Shown in pieces: positions 62,035 through 64,000 of a DNA stretch of 64,000 nt. The stretch is from Octopus vulgaris (lineage: Eukaryota). The stretch spans positions 62,310,001-62,374,000 of the forward strand of contig OX597824.1 in assembly GCA_951406725.2 (NCBI GenBank), in the 5' to 3' direction. Under the pieces are notes generated by a model, which was not told where the DNA came from, ran no database searches, and worked only from the letters and a program-made list of their open reading frames with translations. The number at the start of each line of letters is the position of its first letter. Position 1 is the first letter of the stretch. The translations under genes and the position numbers were made by a program.

Positions 62035-62669
62035 TATACGTGCAGTTACCCATTATTCAAACGGATACCTACATATAAACATACCCATATATACCTATTT
62101 ACACATATGTATGTATAAATATACAAACATACACATATAACTACATACCTACATATACATATACGCGCATGGCAGAATTTTGGAGGGAAAATTTACGTTC
62201 CCAGTCGCCACTTAGTTTTAACATCTGCGCTCTTCCCCCCACTATCTGATGTCGCTGGGTCAGAAGTGTGGGCTAGTGGCATTTGGTAAAGCTATCGAAT
62301 ATAGCGCCGATGACGGAATTCAAACTGATTTCTATGTTTGCGAGCCAGAAACATATGTTCGCTATTAACGGTAAGTGACTGACTTCGTATATTTGCCACT
62401 CCGGTTTTGTGTATGTGAGCCGTAAGGGCCTTCGTTTTTGGATTCTCCACTTATAGAAAATGGGAAAACGGTCTTTGACTGCCATTTCTAATTCCTTCGG
62501 TATGAGGCGAAACAGCATGCTGCTAGCCATCTTATTTTTTCTTTACTATATACTGAACCTTACAAAGGTCCTGACAATTAATTTGTCGTATTTACATACC
62601 GAAATTTACCGGTAAATAATTTTTGGTTACATGAAAAACCACAGGAAAATTATTTACCATTTTTATTGC

Positions 62670-62719
<50 letters not shown>

Positions 62720-62720
<1 letters not shown>

Positions 62721-62799
62721 GAGCATAGGGCGTAGTGGTTAAGGAAGCGGGCTATAAATCCCAAGATTGCGAGTTCGATTTCTAGCAGTGACCTGAATA

Positions 62800-62835
<36 letters not shown>

Positions 62836-63008
62836 TCGGAAAATACCATAGGAATGGGAACGCAAGGTTCGAAATACACCCAGGACACCTGATGAATACT
62901 GCAGAGTACATCAGACAAAACTTTGAGTTAACAGCAAACAAGATGAGGACGAATATCTGTCAAATGTTAATAATGTACATAATTATTCATTTATCAAATA
63001 TAGAACTG
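62720..63008 (+). mobile_element. SINE-HHR element S3, uninterrupted but degenerate copy
   Basis: tRNA-like head (gggcgtagtggttaag...gagttcgattt), (AAT)n, body with CTGATGA at 62889 and a decayed stem II/GAAA, tail aaatatagaac. Confidence 0.75.
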
Positions 63009-63618
63009 TACACACACACACACATACACACAATTACGGACCAAATAATTCACGAGAAATATACAGTAGATAATAATAGAGTTAATGATATATTCGCAAA
63101 TTATTTTGTCGTGAATTATTTGCTCAGTATTGAAATTATTTTCACACTGGTGGTTACCATGATTCGGCGCAAAACGAATCAGTTGCAGCGCAAACTTCAA
63201 CATTATGGGTTGCAGCTCTCTTTCATGGTAACGCGTGATGGTGTATCTGAGGCTATTATGCCAATAAAGAAGCCGCTCCACATGAATCCAAATACTTGAA
63301 TGTATGGAGAGAGATCGTCATTGCCCGTTTGCTTTTGAACAGTTGATTTCTGTAGTTATTATCAGTGTACTTCGCCGATCTAAATAAGAGTTTTGACTGT
63401 TATTTGCACAGGTAGACATACGTAGGGTATCCTTTGAAACTTTTAATCCTTCAGCTATTTAATGATTTGGGGGATCTTGATCCTGCTATTATCATTTTTT
63501 AATTTTTTACATAGATAATAATAGAATCAATGATAACTTCGCAAATTGTTTTCTCGTGAAATATATGATCCGTGTGTATATACATGCACACACACAGACA
63601 CACACACAGACACACACA

Positions 63619-63697
<79 letters not shown>

Positions 63698-63700
<3 letters not shown>

Positions 63701-63981
63701 CGTGACCGACCAGGCTATTAGATGTTGTTACACATGTGCTTCGCATTGTTTTAGCCTTCAAATGACGCCACCCCGCTGGCTAAGCAAGCAGGCCAACAGA
63801 AGAAAGAGTGACAGAAAGTGGCGAAAGAGTACAGCAGAGATCGACACCCCCCCTGCCGGAGCCTCGTGGAGCTTTAGGTGTTTTCGCTCAATAAACACTC
63901 ACAACGCCCGGTCTGGGAATCGAAACCGCGATCCTACGACCGCGAGTCCGCTTCCCTAACCACTAGGCCACTGCGCCTCCA
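63698..63981 (-). mobile_element. tRNA-derived SINE (family S4)
   Basis: Reverse-complement head gtggaggcgcagTGGCCTAGTGGttagggaagcggactc...GGTTTCGATTCCcagacc with clear A and B boxes. Confidence 0.8.
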
Positions 63982-64000
63982 CACACACACACACACACAC

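Overview
AT-rich, microsatellite-dense eukaryotic DNA with no convincing host protein-coding gene. Repeat style suggests a cephalopod such as Octopus; this is an inference. Nearly all recognisable content is transposable-element derived: three Dong/R4-like restriction-like-endonuclease (RLE) LINEs in (TAA)n tracts, a near-full-length CR1-group LINE plus a young 5'-truncated copy (both in (TA)n), three Tc1/mariner relics, two Helitron relics, a Chapaev3-like DNA transposon relic, a Gypsy gag relic and several tRNA-derived SINEs. The main unannotated signal is about ten type I hammerhead ribozyme (HHR) motifs, intact or degenerate, from several unrelated non-coding repeat families. Several sit in elements with Penelope-like partial-tandem plus inverted-end architecture. 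One HHR family is physically linked to a Penelope GIY-YIG endonuclease relic. Another carries a tRNA-like Pol III head and an internal (AAT)n tract used as a landing pad by Dong LINEs. Most short ORFs in the track are microsatellite translations. Element boundaries were read by eye and are approximate.
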